A program made the position numbers and the translations under genes. The notes under the pieces were generated by a model. That model did no database searches and was not told where the DNA came from. It was given only the letters and a program-made list of their open reading frames with translations. A DNA stretch of 64,000 nucleotides from Trichosphaerium sp. ATCC 40318 (Eukaryota; Protista; Tubulinea), in NCBI GenBank assembly GCA_038496445.1, contig JALMLS010000411.1, positions 147,906 to 211,905 of the forward strand, read 5' to 3'. Numbering within the stretch: the stretch's first letter is position 1; every line of letters starts with the position of its first letter. Positions 1 to 11,539 of the stretch are shown piece after piece.

Positions 1-1081
1 TTGTGCTTGCCATTCTGCTTTCCGTTCTTGTACATAGCACTTATAATCTTACGCCCATCTTCATAGATGATGGTCTTGCCATCCGTTACCTCAACACAAG
101 ATGTAATTTGGCCATCTTCGTTCCACTGTTTTACAGTGCCGTAAGGCTTACCATTGCAACAGAATTTTTCTAATTTTCTTGTTCCATTTTCGTGGTAGTA
201 CGTTTCTTTTAGACATTGTTTGCCATTGATAATTTTAATGTTACCTTCTTTGATCATTTCTTGGTTATACAAGTCATCTGTGCTATCTTCGAAGAACAAA
301 CAAGATTTAAGGTTTCCATTCTCAAAATATTCTTTCCTAAACCTCGCCACTTTTTTGCATTGACGAAAGTAGTGTATCTTTAGTTTGCCATTTTCATACC
401 ACTCTTTCACTTCACCTTCTTTTATTCCATCTGTGGCGCTCATATATGCTTTCATATTACCATTTTCATACCACTTTTGGAGTATTCCTTCCACCTTGTC
501 GTTTTTTAGCATTCCTTGTACTGCTACCTGTCCGTTTTCGTGCCACTCTTGATGCTTTCCTGTCCCCTTTCCATTTTCAAAGAAGCATTGTTCAGCAATC
601 TGCCCATTCGAGTGCCACTTCTTTCTCTCACCATGAGTTTTGCCTTGTAAATAGAATGATTGATACTGCAGCTGCCCGTTCTCATACCACTGCAATGCCT
701 TTCCATTTGTCTTTCCGTATTTATGATAGTAATGCGCCTGAAGTTGTTCGTTTTTATACCATTGTTTTATCTCGCCAACAGGTAGTTGAATCATGGCCTT
801 TAACTCTCCTGTTGAAAACCACCGCTTCCAGATACCCTTTTTTCTAAAATCATTCGTAAAGTGAGTGTTTTTAGCAGCTGCAGCAGACAGTAGGTGATAT
901 TTTATGTAAACTTCTTTATCGAGCGAGCATATGTAACGTTGAACATCATTTGGTAATGTCAGCAGACCACGTGATACCGAGCGAGCTAAAGAATAAAAGT
1001 TAGCCGCTAAAAATACGAGAAAGGTTATATCACTTGCTACTACGCACCGTCTAGTCTAATTTGCTTTTGTGAGGTTCGCAT
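1..1081 (-). CDS. F-box-like + MORN-variant repeat protein, paralog copy 1 (3' end runs off the window)
   Basis: Inverted near-identical copy of 29640-30730. ATG at 1081, intron 1047-986 (GTGCGT...CTAAC...TAG), then LLTLPNDVQRYICSL and W[YH]ENG repeats; frame stays open to position 1. Confidence 0.85.
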
Positions 1082-1675
1082 AAGCAGTACCAAGAATTGT
1101 TCCAACGTGTCAACAAACTCGTTGGTTTGAATTTTTGCACTTACGTAACATATTGGCTATAAGTGTTGTGCACATTTCTTAAACACCCTATCTGCTGTAG
1201 GCCCTAGTCATGCATAAACACCTTATGAGTGCTCTACTCCACTAAAAACGCAATTCTCTAGCGGTAGCACATGTCCTGTTACACAGTTATCCTTTGCTAT
1301 TCTTAGAATACATGTATTTAGTTACGCATTCGTCAATCAGAGCTATTTCCTGAAGCTACTTAGACGTTGTACGTTTTTAGAAGAAAAATACTACACGTTT
1401 CTTCGGAGTTGACTTAAGTCTCACTAATTCACGTGTTCCAATCATTTCGCCTGGGTATAAAACTCCACTGAACTACACTTTCTTAGATTGATTGCAAGTT
1501 GCAATGTGAAATTTGTTGAACACATGTGCCCATTGATATAACCAAAACTCTTAATTGACTTAAAAGAGTGAGATGCTGAGAACTATCCCTAAATGTTGGA
1601 CAGAACGCCATTTATTAATGTGGTAGAGTGTACTTGTATTTTTAGTGAGATCTATGTTAGATCATCACAGAGAGC

Positions 1676-1775
1676 ATGGATTGATTGACCCATGGCACGG
1701 GTTTTATTCGCAAGATATTTTTTATGCGAGAAGACGCAGACACATGTCGTTGGTACAATCTGTACTATTCGAAAG
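1676..1775 (+). pseudogene. Remnant of the 5' end of the OAS-like gene (MSLVQSVLF then diverges)
   Basis: ATGTCGTTGGTACAATCTGTA matches exon 1 of the gene at 29053; no GSx..DxD exon follows. Confidence 0.6.
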
Positions 1776-2460
1776 CTTTACACATCTCATTCTATCAAAT
1801 CTGCATCCAAAATACAAGTTCCTACAATTGTAAATGTCTTTGGCATCCAGCCACTTCACTATGCTTACAATATAAATACTAACTCATAGGTTTTTTGTTT
1901 TAGGTATTCTATTCAGTAATAGGAAAGGTGCGAAATGTGTTGAGTAATGGAGAAGAAACATTTGACAGAAGGCAATAAATTTACTTTCACGATTTCGTGA
2001 TTTTTTTTTTCTTTGTTCAAATACTTTGTTTGAAACTTGTACAGTGTTACAAAAGTGCTATTCTACAAATACGTGCGTTGGGTTTTTTTTTAGTGTCAAT
2101 CAACTCAACAAAAAAGAGTTGGTTTTTTTTCCAGGAATAAAGTGTTTCTACTACACTATGCCATTTAGCCCTGACCTAACATTGGCAACTAGTTTTCCAA
2201 CAGATAGAAGTACTCGCCCTTGAAGCGAGTCTAAACCAGCAGAGACTTCGTCTAAACACAAAAAAGTATCAGCAAAAAAATATTGGAAATGCATTTTGTC
2301 AGCAGTAGAAAACATACCGACGCGCATTTTGGCGTTGCTGATTTCGAAAACAAGCAAAGCTTGAGCTATAGCAAGTTTATCAGATGTAATAGGTTGTACG
2401 AATACAGGGAAAGGTTCACAAGGTACAATCTCTTGAGCATTAACAAGCTCCTATTAAAGT

Positions 2461-5400
2461 TTAAAAAAAGTCAGCTATTTTCTTTCTTCTTTTGTCAAAG
2501 TTAAAGACAAAAAACAACGAACCTTTTTGATCTGTTTTACAGCAGGAATAAGAGACATAAGCTGAGTAGTTTCAGAAGCATTATTAACTTTCTCTTGTAG
2601 TATAACAATACTATGATTAACTTCTTCAATTATCTCTCTAATACGATTCCTAAGCTTAACCTCAGCTGGTGATGGAGCAGCCTTAGCTGCAGCTGCAGCT
2701 CTAGTAGAAGAATGTAAGTAATGTACTTAGTGACATGTCAAATAAACTTGAACGTACTCTTCCTCTTCACGAAGTCGCTGCTCTTCTGCTTCTTTTTCAG
2801 CAGCTTCCTTTTCTTGCCTTTCCCTCTCTTCTTGTTCAAGACGTTCCTTTTCTTCCTGTTCAAGTCTCTCTTTCTCTTCCTGCTCAAGACGTTCCTTTTC
2901 TTCCTGTTCAAGTCTTTCTTGCTCACGTTGTTCCTCTTCACGTTGTTCTTTTTCGATACGTTCACGTTCTATACGCTCACGTTCAATGCGCTCAAGCTCT
3001 TCACGTTCTTCCTGTTCGCGTTGTTCTTTTTCTACACGTTCACGTTCTTCACGTTCCTCACGCTCCTCACGCTCTCGAAGTTCTTTACGCTCTTGTTCTT
3101 CTCGTTCTTCTTTTTCTTTTCGTTCTTGTTCCTCTTTCCAAATACGCTTTCTTTCACGCTCTTGTTCTTCCTCTTGTTCAAGACGTCTACGCTCTTCAGC
3201 TGCTGCTCTCTCAGCTGCTAATGCAGCTTCACGTTCTTTTTGTTCTATTTCAAGTCGTAGAGCTTCCTCTTCTTTTCTAAGAGCTTCTCTTTCAATCTCT
3301 TCCTCTATTCTGAGTTCTTCGAGTCTCCTTCTTTCTTCCTTAATACGTTCCTCTTCTCTACGTTTAATCTCTTCTTTATGCTTTCTACGCTCTTCTTCAA
3401 GCATCCTTCTCTCTTCTTCAGCAGCACGCCTTGCTGCTTCATGACGTTTTTGTTCCTCAGCTATTTTGCGGCGAAGTTCTTCGAGTTCTTGTTGCTCTTC
3501 CTTTAAATGACGCCTTGTAGATGCAGCACGTTTCCTCGCCTCTACAAGGTTCTAAAATAACACTTATAAGCAACATACTAACAAACATAAAAAGGCGCTC
3601 AGCACATACATTTTGCTCTTCTTCACGTGCTTGTCTTTCGGCCTCTTCTTTTTTACGATTTTCTTCACGAATGAGGTCTTGTTCTATTTGCCTACGCTCT
3701 TCTTCAGCTTCCCTCTTTTCATCTTCAATCTTGCGTCTTGCAAGCTCTATTTGCCGTTTCTCTTCTTCTATTTTACGTCTCTCTTCAGCACGCTTAGCTT
3801 GTTCCTAAATAATGTCAATCCATTGCTGTCATATGCAAAAAAATAAAGATTGAAAGAAAGATTGAAAGAACTCAACACGTGCCCTACGCCTCTCTTCTTC
3901 GAGTTTTAACTTTTCGATTTCAAGACGCCTTACTGCTTCCTCTTGCTTTTGCTTAGACCTCTCTGCTTCAAGTTTAGCTTTTTCAGCTTCAAGCTTTGCT
4001 TTTCTTTCATCAGCTTGTTTCTGTCTCTTCTCTACTCTTTCTTTTCGAAGCTTTTCTTCCATTTCTTGTTGACGAAGTCTAGCTTCTCTTCGTTCTTCCT
4101 CTCGCTTCCTTTGTGCAGCACGTCTTTGTTCATGCCTACGCTGTACTACCTCTCTTTTCTTCTGTTCTTCCTTCTCTTGCCGCTAAGCAAATTGTTTGTA
4201 AGCACAAGATTATATCAAGTTTATAATTTTTTGTTCTTACTTCACGTTGCCGTTGTTCAGCAAGAACATCCAGTTCCCTGAGCTTTGCTTCTTCTTCAGC
4301 AATAAATCTTGCTAAATCCTCTTCATCTTCAACATTGCAACCAACAGACTCTCTGTTAGGCTAGAAACAAAAAGATGAGCAAACAAGCAACAAAACAATA
4401 AAACTACCTCCTTTATGCTGAGAGCACTCTTTGCACTGACACTACTTGTGGCACTCACTCCGCTCTTTGTACTCAAAGAGCTAGCAGAGCTAGATACACT
4501 ACTTTCATCGTCTGAATCTATATCACTTACTTAGTGCTTTCCAAAGGAAGTTACAATTAGCGCTAGTTAACATACCAGACAACGGCGGTAATGCTCTCCC
4601 TGGACGCTTTCCAGGCCGACCAAATCCAAACTTTGCATTTTGTTTACCTTTGCCCATAACACGTCTAGCACTTGATGCTTTCTTGAGACCCTTAGGTCCC
4701 ATACGCTTAACACCAGGACTACCACCTGTCCTATTCTTTACATAACCAGGACGCTTTCCCTTTGGAGATCTAGCATCTAAGAAAAAGAGTTACTAAGCAA
4801 ACAACCAAAACCTAAAGTCATTGTATAACCTACTTTTAGCTCTAAACATATTTTTCTTGTTTGGTTTCTTAAAAGGCAACTCTGGACCAGATGCCTTTCT
4901 TGAAAGAGGACCAGATCGTTTGCCTTAAGGAAAGTATTAGAAACATACAACTAGGAATATAGCATACCAGCAAAGCCCTTTTTAAGTGGACGAGGACCTT
5001 TCTTTAAGCTTCTCTCACTATTCTGCCTTACACCAAAGCGTCCTTTAACAGGTGTCTTTGGAGGCATCTTCTTTGGTGTCTTTGTAGGTGTTTTCTTTAA
5101 TGCATTACGTAATCTCTTAGGAGAACTAACTACAGGCATCTTGCCTTTCAAAGCAGCTTTTCTTGGTGCCTTTGTAGGAGCACGTTTAACGCCTATGCCT
5201 TTACCTTTCCACATTGGTCTTTTTTTACCAAAACCAGCATTAGAAGGGCCACGACCGGCACCAAATTTAGCGCCCTTGCCCTTTGGTCTACCATAAGGCC
5301 TCTTGGCAAACGTTTTCTTTGGACCACCAAACCTTTTCTTTGGTGCAAATGCATATTTTGGTTTTTTACCAACAGGTGCTCTCTGTTTTGAAGGAATAAG

Positions 5401-7689
5401 TGATAAGTTCGTTTATACTAATGACATTTTGTAGTGAGTACTTACTTTACGTTGTCCAAATGGCTTTCGTGTTGGTAAACGTCTCTTAGGACCTTTAGAA
5501 CGCCGTGGACGCTTAGCAGTTGGCTAAAATGCAAGGTTAATTATTAGTATAGAGGTTCAAAGACAAAGTTGTACATGTGATAGTTTGGGTGCTGTAGGTT
5601 TTTTGTTAAATTCAGAAACGGCTTCAGAAGCATTTGTAGCTATTCTTTGCCTTTGTGAAACATTCCTACTCTGCCAACTAGTGGAACCTTAAACTATGTT
5701 AAAACAAGAATTATTTGTTGATAATTAAACTACTTACTCGTTGAAGGAGGTGCTCTTGTAAACGAAGGTGCAGATCTAAAAATAAAGTGACAAGTTAGGT
5801 TCTCATGTTCAAAGATGCAGGTTTTTAAAACATACTTGGAAGTTGTTGAAGCCGTGTCTTTAGGGCTACTAGGTCCGTCACTCTTTTCGTCTTTTATAAA
5901 TTTTTTGAACCCTCTAAGCTTCCTCATCTTGCGTAAAACCATTTTTGTACCAAGTCCTTTGAAGATTGTTAGTATCCCATTTCAAAAAAAAAAAGTTTGT
6001 ATTTTTTTACCTTTCTTTTCGCGCTTGGAGAGTGTTGGGGCATCTGAAGCAGGTGTAGACCCAGCAAATTTACCATTTACTGTAAAAACGAATTTATCAT
6101 CAGTAGACATATTTGTTTGAGCCTTTGTGATTAGTGTATGTACATTAAGCTCAATAAGTTCTACAAGAAAAATCCAATTAAAAAAACAAGAATAAAAAAG
6201 GAAAAATACATACGCCCAGCTGGTGTTGTTCTATATATGCTATGACTTGATGTATCCGAGCCACGTTGTTTTGACATCATATAGTCAAGTACACTCTTTA
6301 CAGTAGCTGTAGAAAAATCTATAGGTATCATTTTAGATGTACCATCTTGTAAGTACACCTTAAGTGTTCCCTGAAAATAAGTCAGCAAATTATAACAAAA
6401 TAAAACTTGTGCCTTTGTCTTTTGTGTGTGCGGCTCAATATACTGTAGCCACAACTTTTTTAAGGTACTAGAAGCTGCTTTCAGATTATAAGCACGTCCT
6501 GTGCCAACAGATTGTAACGCAAATGTCCTCTTGAGAAAGTTAAAAATAGTTTAAAATAGCAACTTTTTTTTTTGAGAAATCGATTTTGTGCGCACTTCGT
6601 TGCTGTAGCCACTGATTAATTTGAAGTTACTTAGAGCTATTTTATCGAGAGATACCACTTTACGCTATAAATAATGAGTATATTTTGTAAAGAACATAAA
6701 TAAATTACTAAGAAGGGAAAGCGTTGTACCTCAGAAACATAAATAATTAATTCATTATTTTCTTTTGATAGAAAACAATATCTGTCAAGCCAAATTCCTG
6801 AGTCTTGTACTTTCATTAAACTTCCTTGTACAATATCAACCTCTTTGGTATCTATAGATCCCCCTTTTGATAGTATAAATAAGATAAAACTACGAGTGTT
6901 ATAATTCAAAAATGACGTACAAGAAGTTGAGAGTTCACTTTTTGATGACATCTCGGAATTTGTTGAAAAACTCGAGTCAGTTTTACGTAAGCGACTTGGT
7001 ACAGCAGATGCATTTCTAAGAGATCCTGTACTCTCTGAGAGCTTTGATGTTGTTTCACTATCTGTTTGCGACTCAGATTCAGCTTACAAAATAGTTAGTA
7101 AGGCGTAAATAATTCGCAAAAAAAAAGAGCTCAGTCAGTTTATCGAAACTACCAAAAAAAGTGCAAGACAAAAGTTTTCGATAAAAAAAAACCACCAACT
7201 AAAAGGCGTATTGGCCGAACTTTGCAACGTTCAAGACGGAAGCTAACAGATTACAGATTTAATTTACGTACTATTTAGAAACTCTAACAAGTCATTATAA
7301 CTCTCTCCACCTTCTTCTTTAAGCGGTACAGCATCTAAAAGTTTGTTACTAATAAAATAAAACAAATACGAAAACAGCAACAAATACACGCAATTTTGTC
7401 AAAACAGGAAATACGATGCGTGGTTACCGCTAGTTTGGTATTAAAAGCGTTTTATTTTCTCGTACCATTTGTTGCGGAATCAGGCGCAAGTAAGCTTGCT
7501 GCTATAGAGTCTAGGCACGGTTAGACGCTCGCGGATTAACAAAAACGATTGTTTGTTTTTAGTTTACAAAAACGGATTACTCAAAGCGTTCGAAACTGAG
7601 TGTGACTCGTAAAACGTACCGAATTCTTCGCCTGCTGCGTCAGTTGAATTCATCAGAGCCTCAAAGTCAGCCACATACGACTGGTCCAT
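2461..7689 (-). CDS. Large multi-exon protein: PH-like domain, RA/ubiquitin-like domain, K/R/G/P-rich basic region, long ER/K single-alpha-helix tail
   Basis: ATG 7689 (MDQSYVADFEAL); ORF 6637-6951 QGSLMKVQDSGIWLDRYCFL (PH-like); ORF 6161-6454 LKVYLQDGTSKMIPID (RA/FERM-N-like); ORF 2727-3404 E/R/K/Q-rich. A single-gene model is inferred, and the exact stop (2461 or 2471) is uncertain. Confidence 0.65.
2829..2905 (-). repeat. 24-bp tandem repeat encoding (QEEKERLE)x3
   Basis: Visible in the sequence and in the translation of ORF 2727-3404. Confidence 0.85.
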
Positions 7690-8311
7690 ATTTTACAGCA
7701 AATTGTTGATACAGAGACCTAAATTAAGGTCAGGAGCGCTTTACTTTTAAACCAGCTCAAGATCTTGTCGAATGAATCAAAATACGTCACAATGCGCTCA
7801 AATCGCTCAAAAACACCAGAACAAATATTATGTGATGCGCTAGTAACAGTTTCGGTACAAAAATAAACGTACTCGGCTATAACATGTACAGTAACAATTT
7901 ACAACGCCACCAAGTGTCAACCAACCGAATAGTTAAACTTCTTACAAAAGGAAACTTTTTGACAAAACGAGGTTAAAAAATGATGTTTCGTTTTTCTCTG
8001 GTTTTCAGAAAGTTTCCTAGCTGTGAAGCCAGTCTACCACCAAGAGTAAGACAAAAATACGAAAATACGCGCCTTCGCAACCTTCTGGCGCTCTATTGGA
8101 GCTCCACAATTGCAAATTGTTTTAGCTGAAAACTAAGTTCTGACAAAATCTTCACACCTAGATCAAGTTTGTATGAGCGCTATAAGCCTTGTGCTTGCTA
8201 CATCAATATTGTACTCGCTTAACGTAGCTTTCAGTGACTCAGCGCTAACTGTTAATTTCTCAAAAAAAGTACCACTGTCTACACCAATAAACAAAAGTAA
8301 CGCTACAAAGC

Positions 8312-10025
8312 ATGGCAGCTCAACCGTTAAAAAAAGAGCGTATTGAATCAGTTATCCTTGGTTTAGCAGTTGGAGGTACGTTATATATAGCTAAAACGCA
8401 GAGCTAACGCATAAAGTAGACGCACTAGGCTCCACAAGGTACAAACTCAGCGAAATAATTCGCTAAAATAGCTAACCGAACAAACAGCGAATTTCAAATA
8501 CCCTGGGAAGTCCCAAAGCTATTTACAACAGTAAGCATCCCCAACGAATTAAAAATTGTGAATAACATGAAGTAGTACCCTGGATGGCCTCGAAAGGTAC
8601 TCTTAGAATACTCAATACTTGTACCAACGTGTACGTAGCAAGTAGGAGGCGGAAAAGGGCGCTGGAAAGTCGGACAAGCCACGGACGATACAGTATGTGC
8701 TTCCACGTGTTTGCAAGTATTTCTAATCTGTCCAAACAAGATAATGGCAATGTGCATCCTTCGTGCTATTGAGAAGAAACATGGCTTTGATCCTTCAGAG
8801 ATAGCCAGCAATTTCGTTAAATGGAAGCAGTCTGGTCCTCCTGATATTGGTATGTTTAAAATCCTATTCAGAACACGTGCTGATATTGTTTTCAAGGATG
8901 TACAACTGCTTTATCACTTCAAGTTGCATCCTCCCATTTACCTGAAGGATGGTTTGAAGGTGGCCTGGATAGGTATAACCATAACAAAAGTGGTGCAGCA
9001 AATGGATCCCTTATGCGGAACGGACCCATCCCAGCACGTTCGTGACTACACTTAGTTGCTTTGTTCTTATTAACGGTATGCTAACGTTTGCAGTTTACTA
9101 CCTGGAGCCAATACATGTGCTTATAGAGTACACTGTCAAACATGGCATGATAACACATTGGGGTCCCTTACCTACTTTATGGTAAACACTAGTTTTCAAA
9201 GAAGTTGTAATCGACTAACTTTGTTTTAAATAGTTGTGTCATTCATTCTGTGTTGATAGCTAGTGCTATGACAAAAGATGTCAAAGACTTAAAGCCTCCA
9301 ACGCTTAGCGATATTCAAGGTATTCTTGATGGACCTTGGAAAGATTGGAAAGAACAAACTAAAGATCCAATATGCAAAAAGTGGCTTGCAAGCATGGGCA
9401 AAAGTCTAGGTAACACCTAGTCGGTATTTTATCTTCTCTTATACCTTGGTTAGTAAACAAAGAAATACAGCTGATGAAAGAGTTGAAAGACTTTGAAAAA
9501 TACGACCCTTGGCACCAGGTGAACAATTGTTTGAAAACTTTACTTGTTTATTTATTTATTAATATCCTTTAGGACTACCGTGGTAGGTCAGGGTATTGTG
9601 TTCTTACTTTGAGGATTTCATTGTGGTCGCTTTATTGGAGTTTTCAGGTACAGGATTACTAGTGATGCTTACTAAACTTATACAAGACTACACATCCAAA
9701 AATTGCCGAATGGCTTCCTGAAGATATTTTCAACGAGCACGGTTTCAACGCAATCATGTGGGTTGTGACTATTGGCGCAGATGCAGATACTTACGGCGCA
9801 ACAGCAGGTAGTAATAAATACTGATGTAATGCACTAACTTTCGCTTCAACAAGGTGCTCTCTTAGGTGCATTCCAACCGAACGTTCCATCTAACTTCACA
9901 GACAATCTTGAAGTACTTGACGAGGTTGGTTTACGGAACTTTCTTTTTCAGTTGGTTATCTTAACAACCTTTTTTTTCAGGTGAAAACACTTGTTCGGAA
10001 GATTTTGGGGAACAGCAAAAACTGA
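8312..10025 (+). CDS. ADP-ribosylglycohydrolase (DraG/ARH family)
   Basis: Spliced motifs GLAVG-DALG, GQATDDT, PDIG, AANGSLMR and GADADTYGATAGALLGA. Confidence 0.92.
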
Positions 10026-10141
10026 ATATTTGAGGCTCGTTTTGGTATATATCATATCACGTGATAAATCATGTGAACAAAATAAATTCAGAAAATGGAA
10101 ACACATTTATTAAACAGTTATTTTTGGTTTTATTTATTTGT

Positions 10142-11539
10142 TTATTCGCATACAGCGCACATACAACGGTCGTTTTGAATAGGACCAAAGCAACCAAGTG
10201 GGTTAACAAATCCGAGTTCATTTAGGATCTCAAGACATTGTTGGTCGTGACAACCGCTTGCGCTTGTAGAATCACGCTCACATGTGCTGTCAGTGATATC
10301 AGGGTCTTCAGTAACACACATACACTTGCTCATTTCGTTACCTGTTACAACAAATAAGCATCACAAAAACACGTGTTTGTTGAATTTGTTCGAAATAAAA
10401 CGTACCTGCTGCGTCGAATGTAAAGACTTGTTTACAGAAAGTAGACATTAGAGGTGTTCCTCTTTTTTCGCAATTTCTGTCTTCACAGCCGTCTGGAGTT
10501 GCTACACAGCAAGGCTCCTCCTTTGGTCTACTATCACATAGTGTACAATAGCAGTTTTCTTCTGGAGCGTCGGTCTTGCAACATCCGATTGGATCAGTAA
10601 CACCGAGCATTGTCAACATTTGAAGACATTGGTTGTCCTTGCATTCTCCAGTACTTTGTTGTAATTTACAAGTGCCTTCTCGTCTATCTGGGTCCTCTGG
10701 CACACAAGCACAAACAGGGTCAAGTCCACCAGTTTCTAAAAAAAAGAACATAAGTTTTGAGTGTACTCAAGAGGAGATTGTAAAACTCAATGCGTACCCT
10801 CGTTCTTAACGTATTTCTTTATACAGAAGGTTGGCATGCCAATTGAAGCTCCCTTCAATCCACAACCGTCATCGACACATTGGCCTTGAGCAGTTAGTCT
10901 ACAACAACCCTCCTCAGGTGTTGGAGGTTTTGTTGGAGGTCTTGTTGGAGGTCTTGTTGGAGCTCTTGTTGGAGCTCTTGTTGTTGGAGGTCTTGTTGGA
11001 GGCCTGGTTGGAGGTCTTGTTGGAGGTCTGGTTGGAGCTCTCGTTGTTGGAGGTTTTGTTGGAGGCCTGGTTGGAGCTCTCGTTGGTGGATCAGTTTGAT
11101 CGCAACAACAACAGGCACATTCTACTGACGCTTTGTAAAATATATTATTAGGACAGCACTCTAACTCGAAGCGATCCGTTGTTTTCTTGCATTCGCCAAC
11201 TTCAGTTATAGGTTTACCCAAACTAGCACAAATACTGCACACAAAGTTAGAAGGGTATTGTCAAGTAAAACATCGGGCTCCCCGATCTGAAAAACAAGAA
11301 CTTGTGATAATGTTATTACGTACGCTTCGCATTCTGCTTTTGCTGCGTTTTGAGCTGTATCACATGCTTCGTTTTCATCGCAATCGCTATCAACATGAAC
11401 ACCTGAGAGGATTGGAATACAAGAGCTTGATATCTAGGAAGAAGTTTTAATAGGTGCGCTTTATGTGGCGTAATATTCGGCGTACCAAGCCTATAAATGA
11501 GAGAGCTATGAGCGACAAAAGAAGTTTTGTGTTGGTCAT
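10142..11539 (-). CDS. Secreted cysteine-rich repeat protein with Pro/Thr/Arg linker
   Basis: Signal peptide MTNTKLLLSLIALSFIGL; duplicated Cys modules (CxCVxEDPDxxxxTC...CxDxQCL; CC..CxDxxCxxxG); PPTRPPTR linker. Confidence 0.8.
10920..11090 (-). repeat. 12/15-bp tandem repeats encoding PPTR/APTR
   Basis: Repeated ttgttggaggtc units. Confidence 0.9.

Larger units (their letters stand above)
1..1775. repeat. Inverted segmental duplication of about 29025-30730
   Basis: Direct reading shows high identity from 1 to ~1315, an ~85 bp indel at ~1317-1400, and further homology at ~1400-1525 and ~1676-1772. Confidence 0.95.

Noticed and set aside
446-847. 133-aa plus ORF (and its twin 29872-30279)
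   Set aside because: Antisense of the MORN-repeat gene; conserved only because the DNA is duplicated.
2721-4281. Long plus-strand F/L/S-rich ORFs
   Set aside because: Antisense shadows of the E/R/K-rich minus-strand coding region.
10920-11090. Repeat array as CRISPR-like
   Set aside because: No spacers; simple coding tandem repeat in a eukaryotic gene.
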